Part shown: positions 39,910 through 48,741 of the stretch, in pieces
How the letters are laid out: the number at the start of each line of letters is the position of its first letter
How positions within the stretch are numbered: the stretch's first letter is position 1
From: Acidobacteriota bacterium
GTDB lineage: Bacteria > Acidobacteriota > Aminicenantia > S016-38
Assembly (NCBI GenBank): GCA_015486055.1
Contig: WFSJ01000042.1
Span: 12,518 to 76,517, forward strand
DNA: 64,000 nt
Direction of reading: 5' to 3'
The notes under the pieces: model-generated
What the model saw: only the letters and a program-made list of their open reading frames with translations
Told to the model about the DNA's origin: nothing
Database searches by the model: none
Made by a program: the position numbers and the translations under genes

Positions 39910-41721
39910 ATGAAAAAATTTTGTAAGTTCTATGAGCTCAAAAAAATAGCGACAAATGCCCTTGGGGAAGTTTACCTCTCTCTCACGAGAGATGAAAAAA
40001 AGGAAATTTCCCCGTTTATGGTTGTTAACCTAAGGGAAGAGTTCAACCTTGAAAGAAGATGGAAGGCTCTCACCGATTATCTTGAGTTCAGCAAGACCCT
40101 GAACCACCCCAATATCCTAAGATATGATACATGGGGAGAGTGCAAGCAAGGGAGATATGTTGCAGCAAGAGCTAAAGAATATTTCTCACTGGGCTCAATA
40201 ATTAAAAATTTAAAGAAGAGAAATCTCCCGTTCACTTTTGATATACCAGTTCATGCAATCCTCCAAATTATCTCCGGGCTTCAATACCTGAACAACATTC
40301 GCTACAAAGATTCTGCCATCTATCACAATATTCTCTCACCCGATGAGATTCTTATAAATCTTGATGGAGTCGTCTACATAAACAATGCGGGAATTCTTCA
40401 AGCCATTTCAGAGGATAGAAAGCTGGCCAAAGACCTCATAGTGGAAAGGAGCACATTCCTTCCCAAGGAACTAATTGATAGAGCGAAACCCTCCCCAAAG
40501 GCTGATGTCTATTCGGTAGCATCTCTACTTTTCTTCCTCACCACTGGAAAATACATTTCTCCGGAGAAAAATATTGAACTTCAGCTCAAAAATACTCCAC
40601 TCATAATGGAGTTCGAGGGAAAGAAGGAAATACCTGAGGAACTTCAGAAGATTCTATCAAACGCCCTCGCACCCGAGGAAACAAGATACCAGAACATTGA
40701 AATACTCCGTTCCGCCTTTGATGATTTTATAACCAAAGAGGACATCTCTCCCACCACATTCAATTTGGCCTATTACATGAATACCCTTTTCCATGATGAA
40801 GTCCTTGAAGGAGAAAAACTTGTAAAAAGAGAATCTGAAAAGGTCCCTGTAGAGATAGTGGAAGAACCTATCGAGAAGGAAACTGAAAAAGAGGAAGCGG
40901 AAAAGAAAAAAGGATTTCCTATGGTAGCCGTTATCGGCAGTTTAGCCGTAATATTAATAGCAGTTATTATTGCTATAGTATTCATGGGAAAACCGAAACA
41001 ACCCGTAATTTCTCAGGCAGAGCTTGATAAAAGGATCAATCAACTCGTTGAAACAAAGATGAAGGAAAGAGAAGCAGAGCTAAAAAAGGAGTACGAAAAT
41101 AAATACGGAAAGATAAGCCAGCAGGACGAAGAAAAACTCAAGAAACAGCTTGAAGAAGAGAGAAAAAAGCTTGCAGAGAAGGCAAGAGCTGAGGAGTTAG
41201 CGAAGCTCAGGAAAATTCAGCAATCGAAGAAAAAGCCTGTCCTTCCCTCTGTAGAGAAGAAAGTCGAAAAGCCAAAGGAGGAAGTAAAGCAGGAAGAGAC
41301 TAAGGCAGAAATTCCTCCTCAAAAGACTTCGGAGGTCCAGCAGCAAAAAAAAGAAGAAGTTGAGAAGAAACCCGCAGTGGAAACAAAACCACAGAAAATT
41401 TCTGCACCTGTTTCAAAGCCTGAAGTTATACCAGGTTCTGTTGTACCGATTACGGAATTAGATTCTCCTCTCAAACTTGTGAAAAAAATCCCCCCCCGGA
41501 TTCCTGAGAGGGCAAGGAGGCTCAGAATAAGAGGAAGTGTTATGGCTTCAATCATGATCAATGAAAACGGGGAAGTTGAACAGGTAAGGATCATTCGCGG
41601 AACCCCAAAAGGCTATTTTGAAAAGGAAGCAGAAAGAACTCTCTCTATGTGGAAATTTACCCCTCCCAGAAAAAAAGGAGTTGGGGTTAAGGTCTGGAAA
41701 GTTGTTACAATAAAATTCTGA
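39910..41721 (+). CDS. Pseudokinase-TM-coiled coil-TonB C-terminal domain fusion
   Basis: Kinase fold (LNHPNIL, KADVYS) with eroded catalytic motifs. TM MVAVIGSLAVILIAVIIAIVFM. C-terminus P.RARRLRIRGSV...INENGEVEQVRI...WKFTP is TonB_C. Confidence 0.82.
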   Translation: MKKFCKFYELKKIATNALGEVYLSLTRDEKKEISPFMVVNLREEFNLERRWKALTDYLEFSKTLNHPNILRYDTWGECKQGRYVAARAKEYFSLGSIIKNLKKRNLPFTFDIPVHAILQIISGLQYLNNIRYKDSAIYHNILSPDEILINLDGVVYINNAGILQAISEDRKLAKDLIVERSTFLPKELIDRAKPSPKADVYSVASLLFFLTTGKYISPEKNIELQLKNTPLIMEFEGKKEIPEELQKILSNALAPEETRYQNIEILRSAFDDFITKEDISPTTFNLAYYMNTLFHDEVLEGEKLVKRESEKVPVEIVEEPIEKETEKEEAEKKKGFPMVAVIGSLAVILIAVIIAIVFMGKPKQPVISQAELDKRINQLVETKMKEREAELKKEYENKYGKISQQDEEKLKKQLEEERKKLAEKARAEELAKLRKIQQSKKKPVLPSVEKKVEKPKEEVKQEETKAEIPPQKTSEVQQQKKEEVEKKPAVETKPQKISAPVSKPEVIPGSVVPITELDSPLKLVKKIPPRIPERARRLRIRGSVMASIMINENGEVEQVRIIRGTPKGYFEKEAERTLSMWKFTPPRKKGVGVKVWKVVTIKF

Positions 41722-42913
41722 GAAAAAGATAGGTTTCCCCCGCAATGAAGGAAATTATAAAGTTAGAAAAGGAATGGGTTATTTTGCATGGAACTTTGAA
41801 GAGGGGCTCAAGAAGATTTATCCCAAAGACAAGAAGAATTGCAAGAGAATAATTTACCTCAATACCAAGCCAAATTGAAAATAAAATAAGAACAGAAGCT
41901 GAAATTAGGGCTGATATTGTTCCTTCAAAGCTTATTCCCCCTGGTTCCCCTTTTTTTGCTCTACCCATTCTCAAAAGGGAAAAAACGAAGCCTCCAGAGA
42001 CAGAGCCAATTTCCGTCCCTACAGTATCATAGGTTGCCTCAGCAAGGGAAATAACAGCAGCCTGGGGAAGGCCGAGGATGGAAAAAAGAAGAGCTGGTCC
42101 TCCCTTAGCCCAAACGCTTGCCCATTTTCTTTTTACCCCTTCCTTCTCTTTTTCTTTATAGAAGGTTGCCGCCTCAGAAAGCAAGAAAAAACTGAGAAGT
42201 ATGTAAAAAATCTTAACCCCTCCAAAGAGCAAAATCCCTGACCCAACAAAAAATGCTGAAATTGCTCCCTTCAGGTCCAGAACCTTCAATATAAAAGAAA
42301 AGATCGCTAAAATCCCTATTAAAATCAGGATCTTCAATTCAAGTTCGGTGGGAACTTTCAGTTTTACTATGCTTCCCAGCTTGAAAAAGAACAAAAAAGA
42401 GAAAGGAACCACCAAATTATCCTCAATCCCTGTCTGCAAAGATTCCAAGATGCCTGTGATAACCACAGAAAAGATTATTATCCAGAGCTCTTTGCTTGAG
42501 ATATTTCCCTTTATAAGCCAGAAGAAAAAAGGGGATAGAGTAAGCCCTGAAATAATGAATGTGCCAGTCCCTAAATATGTTTTTCTCTTATTCCATGGAA
42601 GCTCAGCCTTAGCTCTTCTCCCTACCACCGAAGCGGCACCGTCAGAGAAAGCAAGAAGAGACCATCCAGAAGCTGCAAGCCAGAGATTGCTCCTGCACAA
42701 AAGAATCATAAGAAGCACAGAGAGCGGATAGAAAATTATTCCTCTATCCCATTTTCCTCTGAGAATTCTTTCCCAATAGAGAGGGATTATATAGATATTG
42801 TGGATAAAGGCTAAGAAGGCAATGATAGAAGCCTGCCACCAGTTGAGCACAAGGAGAAGGAATATTGGAAGTCCAAATCCTATGTGGACAAGTTTCCGCA
42901 GATCCTCATCCAA
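41705..42913 (-). CDS. Polyprenol/phytol-kinase-like domain fused to a DUF92 membrane domain
   Basis: N-terminal RKLVH, DGAASVVGR, LPWNKRKT and DNLVVP. C-terminal DTVGTEIG...GEPGGISFEGT. Confidence 0.7.
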   Translation of the reverse strand: MDEDLRKLVHIGFGLPIFLLLVLNWWQASIIAFLAFIHNIYIIPLYWERILRGKWDRGIIFYPLSVLLMILLCRSNLWLAASGWSLLAFSDGAASVVGRRAKAELPWNKRKTYLGTGTFIISGLTLSPFFFWLIKGNISSKELWIIIFSVVITGILESLQTGIEDNLVVPFSFLFFFKLGSIVKLKVPTELELKILILIGILAIFSFILKVLDLKGAISAFFVGSGILLFGGVKIFYILLSFFLLSEAATFYKEKEKEGVKRKWASVWAKGGPALLFSILGLPQAAVISLAEATYDTVGTEIGSVSGGFVFSLLRMGRAKKGEPGGISFEGTISALISASVLILFSIWLGIEVNYSLAILLVFGINLLEPLFKVPCKITHSFSNFIISFIAGETYLFLRILL

Positions 42914-43823
42914 GTTTCCCCCTCCAGTAATTCAGAATATCGAGGAGGGTTTTTTCAATGGGAATTGAAGGTGTCCAACCCGTTATTCTGTTTATCTTTC
43001 CTATATCCGCCCAGAGAAGAGGAATATCCGTTTTCCTGAGCTTCGCCCTCTTTATCTTCACCTCAAATTCAAGCTCTGAAAAGGAGATAAGGATTTCCAA
43101 TATCTCCTTTATAGAATAAAACCTCCCTGAGCCTATATTGTAGATACTTCCTGCTCTTCCTTTTTTGGAGAGCAAATAAAGAACTTCAACCCCATCCCTT
43201 ACATCTGTGAAATCCCTTATGGCATCAAGGTTACCAACTTCCAGGATGGGTTTCTTTAACGCCTTCTCCCCTTCTGCTATGGATTTCGCAAAGGAGGAAG
43301 CAGCGAACCCTGGAGATTGACCTGGCCCTATCTGGTTAAAGAGCCTTACTACCATGGTCTTTATCCCATAAACCCTCTTAAAAAAAAAGGCTGCTTCCTC
43401 TGCTGCTATCTTTGAAACTGCATAATGAGAAAGAGGGGATGGTTTTCTATTCTCTTTTATGGGTTGTTCCTTCCTCTCAACATTCCCGTAAATCTCGCAA
43501 GAGGATGCAAGAATGAAAATAGGCTTTAATCTCCCGGAAGCCAAATTTTCAAGGACATTAATAGTCCCTAGGAAATTGACCATATAGGTGTTTTTATAAT
43601 CCTTCCAGCTCTGACCAACATGACTCTGGCCTGCTAAGTGATATACAACATCGGGTTTGAAATCCACAACGTGGGAGAGCCTTCCACGAGTTATGTCCAT
43701 CTTTACATCCGAAGCTTCACATTTCTCAAGGGAAATTCCTAAAACTTCCTCCCCCTGCGATTTGATTTTGTTATACAGATTTTTCCCGATAAACCCGCAG
43801 GAACCAGTTATGAGATATTTCAA
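42906..43823 (-). CDS. GDP-sugar SDR (Rmd/Gmd-like)
   Basis: TGSCGFIG, YAVSK, FNQIGPGQ and GNLDAIRDFTDVRD. Confidence 0.85.
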   Translation of the reverse strand: MKYLITGSCGFIGKNLYNKIKSQGEEVLGISLEKCEASDVKMDITRGRLSHVVDFKPDVVYHLAGQSHVGQSWKDYKNTYMVNFLGTINVLENLASGRLKPIFILASSCEIYGNVERKEQPIKENRKPSPLSHYAVSKIAAEEAAFFFKRVYGIKTMVVRLFNQIGPGQSPGFAASSFAKSIAEGEKALKKPILEVGNLDAIRDFTDVRDGVEVLYLLSKKGRAGSIYNIGSGRFYSIKEILEILISFSELEFEVKIKRAKLRKTDIPLLWADIGKINRITGWTPSIPIEKTLLDILNYWRGKLG

Positions 43824-44776
43824 ACCCTCTCTCTCCAGTAATTCAAGAGGTCCTCAAGAGTTTTTTCTATCGGTATCTCAGGACTCCATCCTGTCTTTTC
43901 TCTGAACTTGGAACTGTCTCCAATGAGAACAGGAACATCCGAAGGCCTCAATCTATCAGGTGCAACCTCCACTTTCACCTCAATTTTTGATAAAGAAAGG
44001 ATGTGGTCGAGAATCTCCCTCATTTTATATCCCTTACCAGAACATATATTATATACATCACCTGGCTCACCTTTTGTTGCAGCCAACCAGTATCCCCTTA
44101 CCATATCCCTCACATCTGTAAAATCCCTTATTGAATTGAGATTACCAACCCTTATTATAGGTTCCTGTTTCCCTGCCTCCATCATAGCTACCTGTCTGGC
44201 AAAATTAGAACAAACAAAAACATCTCCTCTCCTTGGGCCGGTATGATTGAAACCCCTTGTTCTTACAATTCTCATATTGTAGCTTTTAAAATACTGGTAC
44301 CCGAGGAAATCCTGAGCTATTTTTGAAACTGCATATGGACTTAGAGGTCTTAAAGAATGGGTTTCCTTAATAGGAATTTCCTCCCCATTGACAAGCCCAT
44401 ATTCCTCGCTTGAACCTGCTATTTGAATCACAGGCTCTATCTTAGTTTCCCTTACGGACTCAAAAAGGTTGGTCTCTCCTATTATATTCGTTGTTAATGT
44501 CTCTTGGGGAGCCCTCCATGAAGTTGGCACAAAGCTCTGGGCTGCAAGATGAAATATCAGTTCCGGCCTTATCTCCTCAATCACCTTTCTTATAGAGACA
44601 TAGTCCCTTATATCCCCCTCCACAAGTTTGATCCTCTCTTTCAAATGCTCAACATTTTCCATCCTTGAACGCCATCTGGCTATACCAAATATCTCAACAT
44701 CTTTGTGGTTTTCAAGAATGTAATCCGCAAGATGGGAACCTGCAAATCCTGTTATTCCTGTTATAAGAATTTTCAC
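43820..44776 (-). CDS. GDP-sugar SDR (Gmd/Rmd-like)
   Basis: TGITGFAGSHL, HLAAQSFVPTSW, GSSEEYG, YAVSK and FNHTGPR. Confidence 0.88.
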   Translation of the reverse strand: MKILITGITGFAGSHLADYILENHKDVEIFGIARWRSRMENVEHLKERIKLVEGDIRDYVSIRKVIEEIRPELIFHLAAQSFVPTSWRAPQETLTTNIIGETNLFESVRETKIEPVIQIAGSSEEYGLVNGEEIPIKETHSLRPLSPYAVSKIAQDFLGYQYFKSYNMRIVRTRGFNHTGPRRGDVFVCSNFARQVAMMEAGKQEPIIRVGNLNSIRDFTDVRDMVRGYWLAATKGEPGDVYNICSGKGYKMREILDHILSLSKIEVKVEVAPDRLRPSDVPVLIGDSSKFREKTGWSPEIPIEKTLEDLLNYWRERV

Positions 44777-45783
44777 TTCTTCCTCCTTTTGTAATTCTTA
44801 CTGTAATATTCCTTGAATTCTTTTGCCTCCTTCCTCTTTTTCCACCAATTCTGATGGTTTCTATACCAATCTATAGTCAGCTCAAGGGCACCTTCAAAGG
44901 TGTGTTGAGGGGCCCACCCAAGGGAACGGAGTTTCTCCGAATTAATTGAATACCTTAAATCATGACCCGGACGGTCCTGAACGAATTCCACCATTGAGAA
45001 AGGCTTCCCCATTTTGCTAAGTAAAAGTTTTATAAGGTCTATGTTTTTGAGTCCAAATCCGGAAGACAAATTATAAGCTTCTCCTTCCTTCCCCTCCTCG
45101 AGAACTTTCCATATTCCTTCAACGCAATCTTCCACAAAGAGCCATTCCCTCATATTTTCCCCATTCCCATACAGGGGGATTTTTTCCCCCTCAAAGAGGT
45201 TTGTTATAAAAAGCGGCAATGCCTTTTCTGGATGCTGGTAAGGACCAAAATTATTTGAGGGCCTTACAATAACCACTGGCATGCTGTATGTCTTATAGAA
45301 GGAAAAAGAAAGCCTGTCTGCTCCTGCCTTTGATGCAGAATAGGGAGAAGATGGATTCATCGGATCGTCTTCCCTGAAACTTCCCTCCTTTATCGGGCCA
45401 TAAACTTCGTCAGTAGAAATATAAATGAACTTCTTTAAATTACCAGCCTTTCTTACAGCTTCCAAAAGGACATAAGTTCCATAGAAATTTGTTAGAGCAA
45501 AATCCCCCCCCTCAATTATTGACCTATCCACATGGGTCTCTGCTGCGAAGTGAACTATATAGTCTGCTCTCCTCACGAGGGGTTCCACTATCTTCCAATC
45601 CTTTATGTCCCCTTTAACGAAACTGTGCTCCGGGTTGTTTAAAATATCCTGAATTGTATCCACATCGCTTGCATAGGTTAAAAGATCAAGGTTTATGACC
45701 TTTGCGCCTCTCTTTAAAGCAGTTCTTGTAAAGTGAGAACCTATAAAACCAGCTCCCCCTGTCACCAAAATGACATCATTCAT
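44773..45783 (-). CDS. rfbB: dTDP-glucose 4,6-dehydratase
   Basis: TGGAGFIGS, AAETHVDRSI, STDEVYG, YSASKA and DRPGHDLRY. Confidence 0.94.
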   Translation of the reverse strand: MNDVILVTGGAGFIGSHFTRTALKRGAKVINLDLLTYASDVDTIQDILNNPEHSFVKGDIKDWKIVEPLVRRADYIVHFAAETHVDRSIIEGGDFALTNFYGTYVLLEAVRKAGNLKKFIYISTDEVYGPIKEGSFREDDPMNPSSPYSASKAGADRLSFSFYKTYSMPVVIVRPSNNFGPYQHPEKALPLFITNLFEGEKIPLYGNGENMREWLFVEDCVEGIWKVLEEGKEGEAYNLSSGFGLKNIDLIKLLLSKMGKPFSMVEFVQDRPGHDLRYSINSEKLRSLGWAPQHTFEGALELTIDWYRNHQNWWKKRKEAKEFKEYYSKNYKRRKK

Positions 45784-45786
45784 TAT

Positions 45787-46134
45787 TCATCTCTTGACCA
45801 CAACATCGTCAGAAGTACCTTCAACACCATCAGGGCCTACACTCCTCAACTCAAAACCATTTTCCATCTTCTTATAAACTATCCTGTTCCCCCACGGATC
45901 CTTTGGTGTTCTTCCGAAAACCTCTCTGAGGGTCTCTGGAAGTTCCCCGGTCGTGGTATACCTCGCAGTTATCTCAGCAGCTAAGGTATTTAAATCAGAA
46001 CGCACAGCTATTGTCTGCGATTGGGTTATTCTTGAAACCCCCTCCTTAGTTTTCACAACCTTTTTTGTGTGGAGCATGGTAAGAGCAAGATAAATCCCTA
46101 AAGCAAGAATCAAAATCAAAAATAATCCTCTCAT
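45787..46134 (-). CDS. GspG/pseudopilin-like small membrane-anchored protein
   Basis: N-terminal hydrophobic helix and PKDPWGN..Y...LRSVGPDG..GTSDD. Start moved to ATG 46134. Confidence 0.65.
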   Translation of the reverse strand: MRGLFLILILALGIYLALTMLHTKKVVKTKEGVSRITQSQTIAVRSDLNTLAAEITARYTTTGELPETLREVFGRTPKDPWGNRIVYKKMENGFELRSVGPDGVEGTSDDVVVKR

Positions 46135-46144
46135 AAAGGATATT

Positions 46145-46807
46145 TTATACCCTTTGCCTAAGAGTGTAAAGGAATATCCCAGCGGCCACTGAAACATTCA
46201 AAGAGTCTATATCTCCTGACATTGGTATAGAAACACGGAAATCGCAGAGTTTTTCAACTGGTTTTCTTATTCCTTTCCCTTCGGAGCCCATGACTATAAT
46301 AGATTTTGGGGGGAATTTGAAAGAGGGCAGTGATTCTCCACTTTTCTCGGCACAAACAACCCAAAATTCACTGCTCTTTGCCCTTAAGATAAAAGCTGGG
46401 AGGTTAGCTGTCCTGTGAATAATGGCACTGAATATTACCCCGGAGGATGCCTTGACAACTGTTTCATTAAGGGGTGGCGAATGCCTTTTCTCTATAACAA
46501 CAGGGGAAGAAAAAGCATGAGCTGACCTTATTATTGCACCGAGGTTCATTGGGTCTTCAATCCTGTCTAAGCAGAGAACTATATTGCCATTAAGAACTTT
46601 CCCTTCTCCTGCAGTTCTTACCTCTGAAATATAAGCCTTTGGGTTTCTTTCAGAAGGTGAAAAGAAAAAGGGAACAGACCCGATTTTTGCAAGTTCCTTT
46701 ATTTTATCTATTCTGGGGCCCCTTTTCCCTGCCGGGATTATTATCTTTTCAACCTCAGCTTCCGAGGATAAAGCCTCAATTATTGGATTTAATCCCTCAA
46801 TAACCAT
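46145..46807 (-). CDS. rlmB: 23S rRNA 2'-O-methyltransferase (RlmB/TrmH family)
   Basis: DPMNLGAIIRSA, GSEGKGI and SLNVSVA. Confidence 0.88.
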   Translation of the reverse strand: MVIEGLNPIIEALSSEAEVEKIIIPAGKRGPRIDKIKELAKIGSVPFFFSPSERNPKAYISEVRTAGEGKVLNGNIVLCLDRIEDPMNLGAIIRSAHAFSSPVVIEKRHSPPLNETVVKASSGVIFSAIIHRTANLPAFILRAKSSEFWVVCAEKSGESLPSFKFPPKSIIVMGSEGKGIRKPVEKLCDFRVSIPMSGDIDSLNVSVAAGIFLYTLRQRV

Positions 46808-48174
46808 TGCTCGTATTTTCTCAGCCTGCCTGCAAGAGAATCTGTATATCCTAAAGCCGAGGCTTTTTCTATCAGTTCTCCGAGAAAAGCAAGCTCAGGC
46901 CCTGAACCCCTGCCTGTAAGGGCAATTCTCAAAGGATGGTAAAGGGCCTTCCCCCTGATTTTAAGCTCTGAAGATACCTCCTTCAAGGCAGCCGCAAGGG
47001 GCTTACCATGCTCAAGCTTTTCCCTAATTCTTCTCACAACCTTAAGTTCTTCCTTAGTTATCCTTTCCTCTGCCTTATAGTTTATTTCCCTCTCAAGAGC
47101 TTCCTGAAGCTCCTTGAGAGTATAAGCCCCTTCCCTAAGCTTCGGAAGAGCGAAGGAGAGAAAGTCCTCACTCAGTTTAATTCCCGTAAATTCCACAAAA
47201 CGCTTTACAAGTTCTTTATCATCAAGCTTTTCAAGATGCTTATGATTCATCCAGAGAAGCTTTCTGTGGTCAAATACGGCTCCTGCTTTGGAAACCCTTG
47301 AAAGCTGGAAGCATTTTACCATCTCCTCCTTCGCCATAATTTCCTTTTCATCGCATGACCAACCAAGGAGAGAAAGATAATTGAAAAGTGCTTCGGGAAC
47401 TATGCCGTCATCCCTGAACTGAAAAACCGCAGTTGCACCGTGGCGCTTTGAAAGTCTGCTTCTGTCAGGACCAAGGACCATTGGAAGATGAGCAAATTCA
47501 GGGGGCTCCCAATCAAAAGCTTCGTAGAGTTTTATCTGTTTTGGTGTATTTGAAATATGATCTTCGCCCCTTATAACATGAGTTACCCCCATGTGATGGT
47601 CATCTATTACAACTGCAAAATTATACGAAGGTATTCCATTGGAGCGCATTATAACAAAATCCCCAAAAAGGGAAAGATTAAAGTTCACTTTACCTCTTAT
47701 AAGGTCGCTGTAGGAAAAGGCCTCATCGCTCATCTTAAATCTTATAGAAGCTAATTCACCCTTTTCAACCCTTTTCCTTGCATCCTGTGGGGGAATGCTC
47801 CTGCACTTTCCTGAATATTTATAGGGTATCCCCTTCTCTATTGCCTTCTGCCTTTCCTCCTCTAACTCCTGCGGGGTGCAGAAACAATAATATGCCTTGC
47901 CTTCATCAAGAAGCCTCTGGGCATAAGATCGGTAAACCTCAAGCCTCTGGCTCTGTTTGTATGGTCCCTCATCCCAGTTTATCCCCAGCCACGCCAGATC
48001 TTTCAGAATCAGCTCTTCGTATTCCTTTTTAGACCTTTCAGGATCAGTATCCTCTATTCTCAATATAAATTTCCCATCCTTACTTTTCGCAAAAAGCCAG
48101 TTGAAAAGGGCTGTCCTTGCTCCCCCAACATGAAGATAACCTGTGGGAGATGGGGCAAACCTTACTCTAACCAT
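46789..48174 (-). CDS. gltX: Glutamyl-tRNA synthetase
   Basis: RFAPSPTGYLHVG, LRIEDTD, VIRGEDH and LSKRHG. Confidence 0.97.
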   Translation of the reverse strand: MVRVRFAPSPTGYLHVGGARTALFNWLFAKSKDGKFILRIEDTDPERSKKEYEELILKDLAWLGINWDEGPYKQSQRLEVYRSYAQRLLDEGKAYYCFCTPQELEEERQKAIEKGIPYKYSGKCRSIPPQDARKRVEKGELASIRFKMSDEAFSYSDLIRGKVNFNLSLFGDFVIMRSNGIPSYNFAVVIDDHHMGVTHVIRGEDHISNTPKQIKLYEAFDWEPPEFAHLPMVLGPDRSRLSKRHGATAVFQFRDDGIVPEALFNYLSLLGWSCDEKEIMAKEEMVKCFQLSRVSKAGAVFDHRKLLWMNHKHLEKLDDKELVKRFVEFTGIKLSEDFLSFALPKLREGAYTLKELQEALEREINYKAEERITKEELKVVRRIREKLEHGKPLAAALKEVSSELKIRGKALYHPLRIALTGRGSGPELAFLGELIEKASALGYTDSLAGRLRKYEQWLLRD

Positions 48175-48649
48175 TCTTCCTCCTCAAAACAGAAACTGCA
48201 TAACATGAAATTGCTTTACCTTCTCCTATTTCCCCGAGGCCTTCATTTGTCTTTGATTTTATCCCTATCCTGTCAGGCTCAATTCTCAGAACTTGAGAAA
48301 GGCTTTTCCTGATTTCCTCCTTATATGGGGAAAGTTTAGGGGCCTCTGCAATGATAACGGTATCTATGCCAACTATCTCATACCCTTTTTCACCGACCAT
48401 CAACGCAACCTTCTCAAGAAGTTCTATACTCCTTGCATCCTTATAAGCAGGGTCGGTATCTGGAAAGAGCTCACCTATATCTGGAAAGGAAAGGGCACCG
48501 CAAAGTGCATCTATTATTGCATGGGAGAGGAGGTCTCCATCAGAGTGACCCTCAAGCCCAAAGCTGTAAGGAATAAGAACTCCTCCAATTATCAGTTTCC
48601 TTCCCTCAACTAACCTGTGAATGTCGTATCCAATTCCTACCCTTATCAT
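48167..48649 (-). CDS. ispF: 2-C-methyl-D-erythritol 2,4-cyclodiphosphate synthase
   Basis: RVGIGYDIH, GHSDGD and DIGELFPD. Start ATG 48649. Confidence 0.96.
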   Translation of the reverse strand: MIRVGIGYDIHRLVEGRKLIIGGVLIPYSFGLEGHSDGDLLSHAIIDALCGALSFPDIGELFPDTDPAYKDARSIELLEKVALMVGEKGYEIVGIDTVIIAEAPKLSPYKEEIRKSLSQVLRIEPDRIGIKSKTNEGLGEIGEGKAISCYAVSVLRRKNG

Positions 48650-48741
48650 GCTTTTATTATACATCAAACTTGATTTCTTCCTCCTGTTGAACTATTTTCT
48701 TATAAGGTGGAAAACTGCAAAAAACTTGGAGGGAGGATTTT

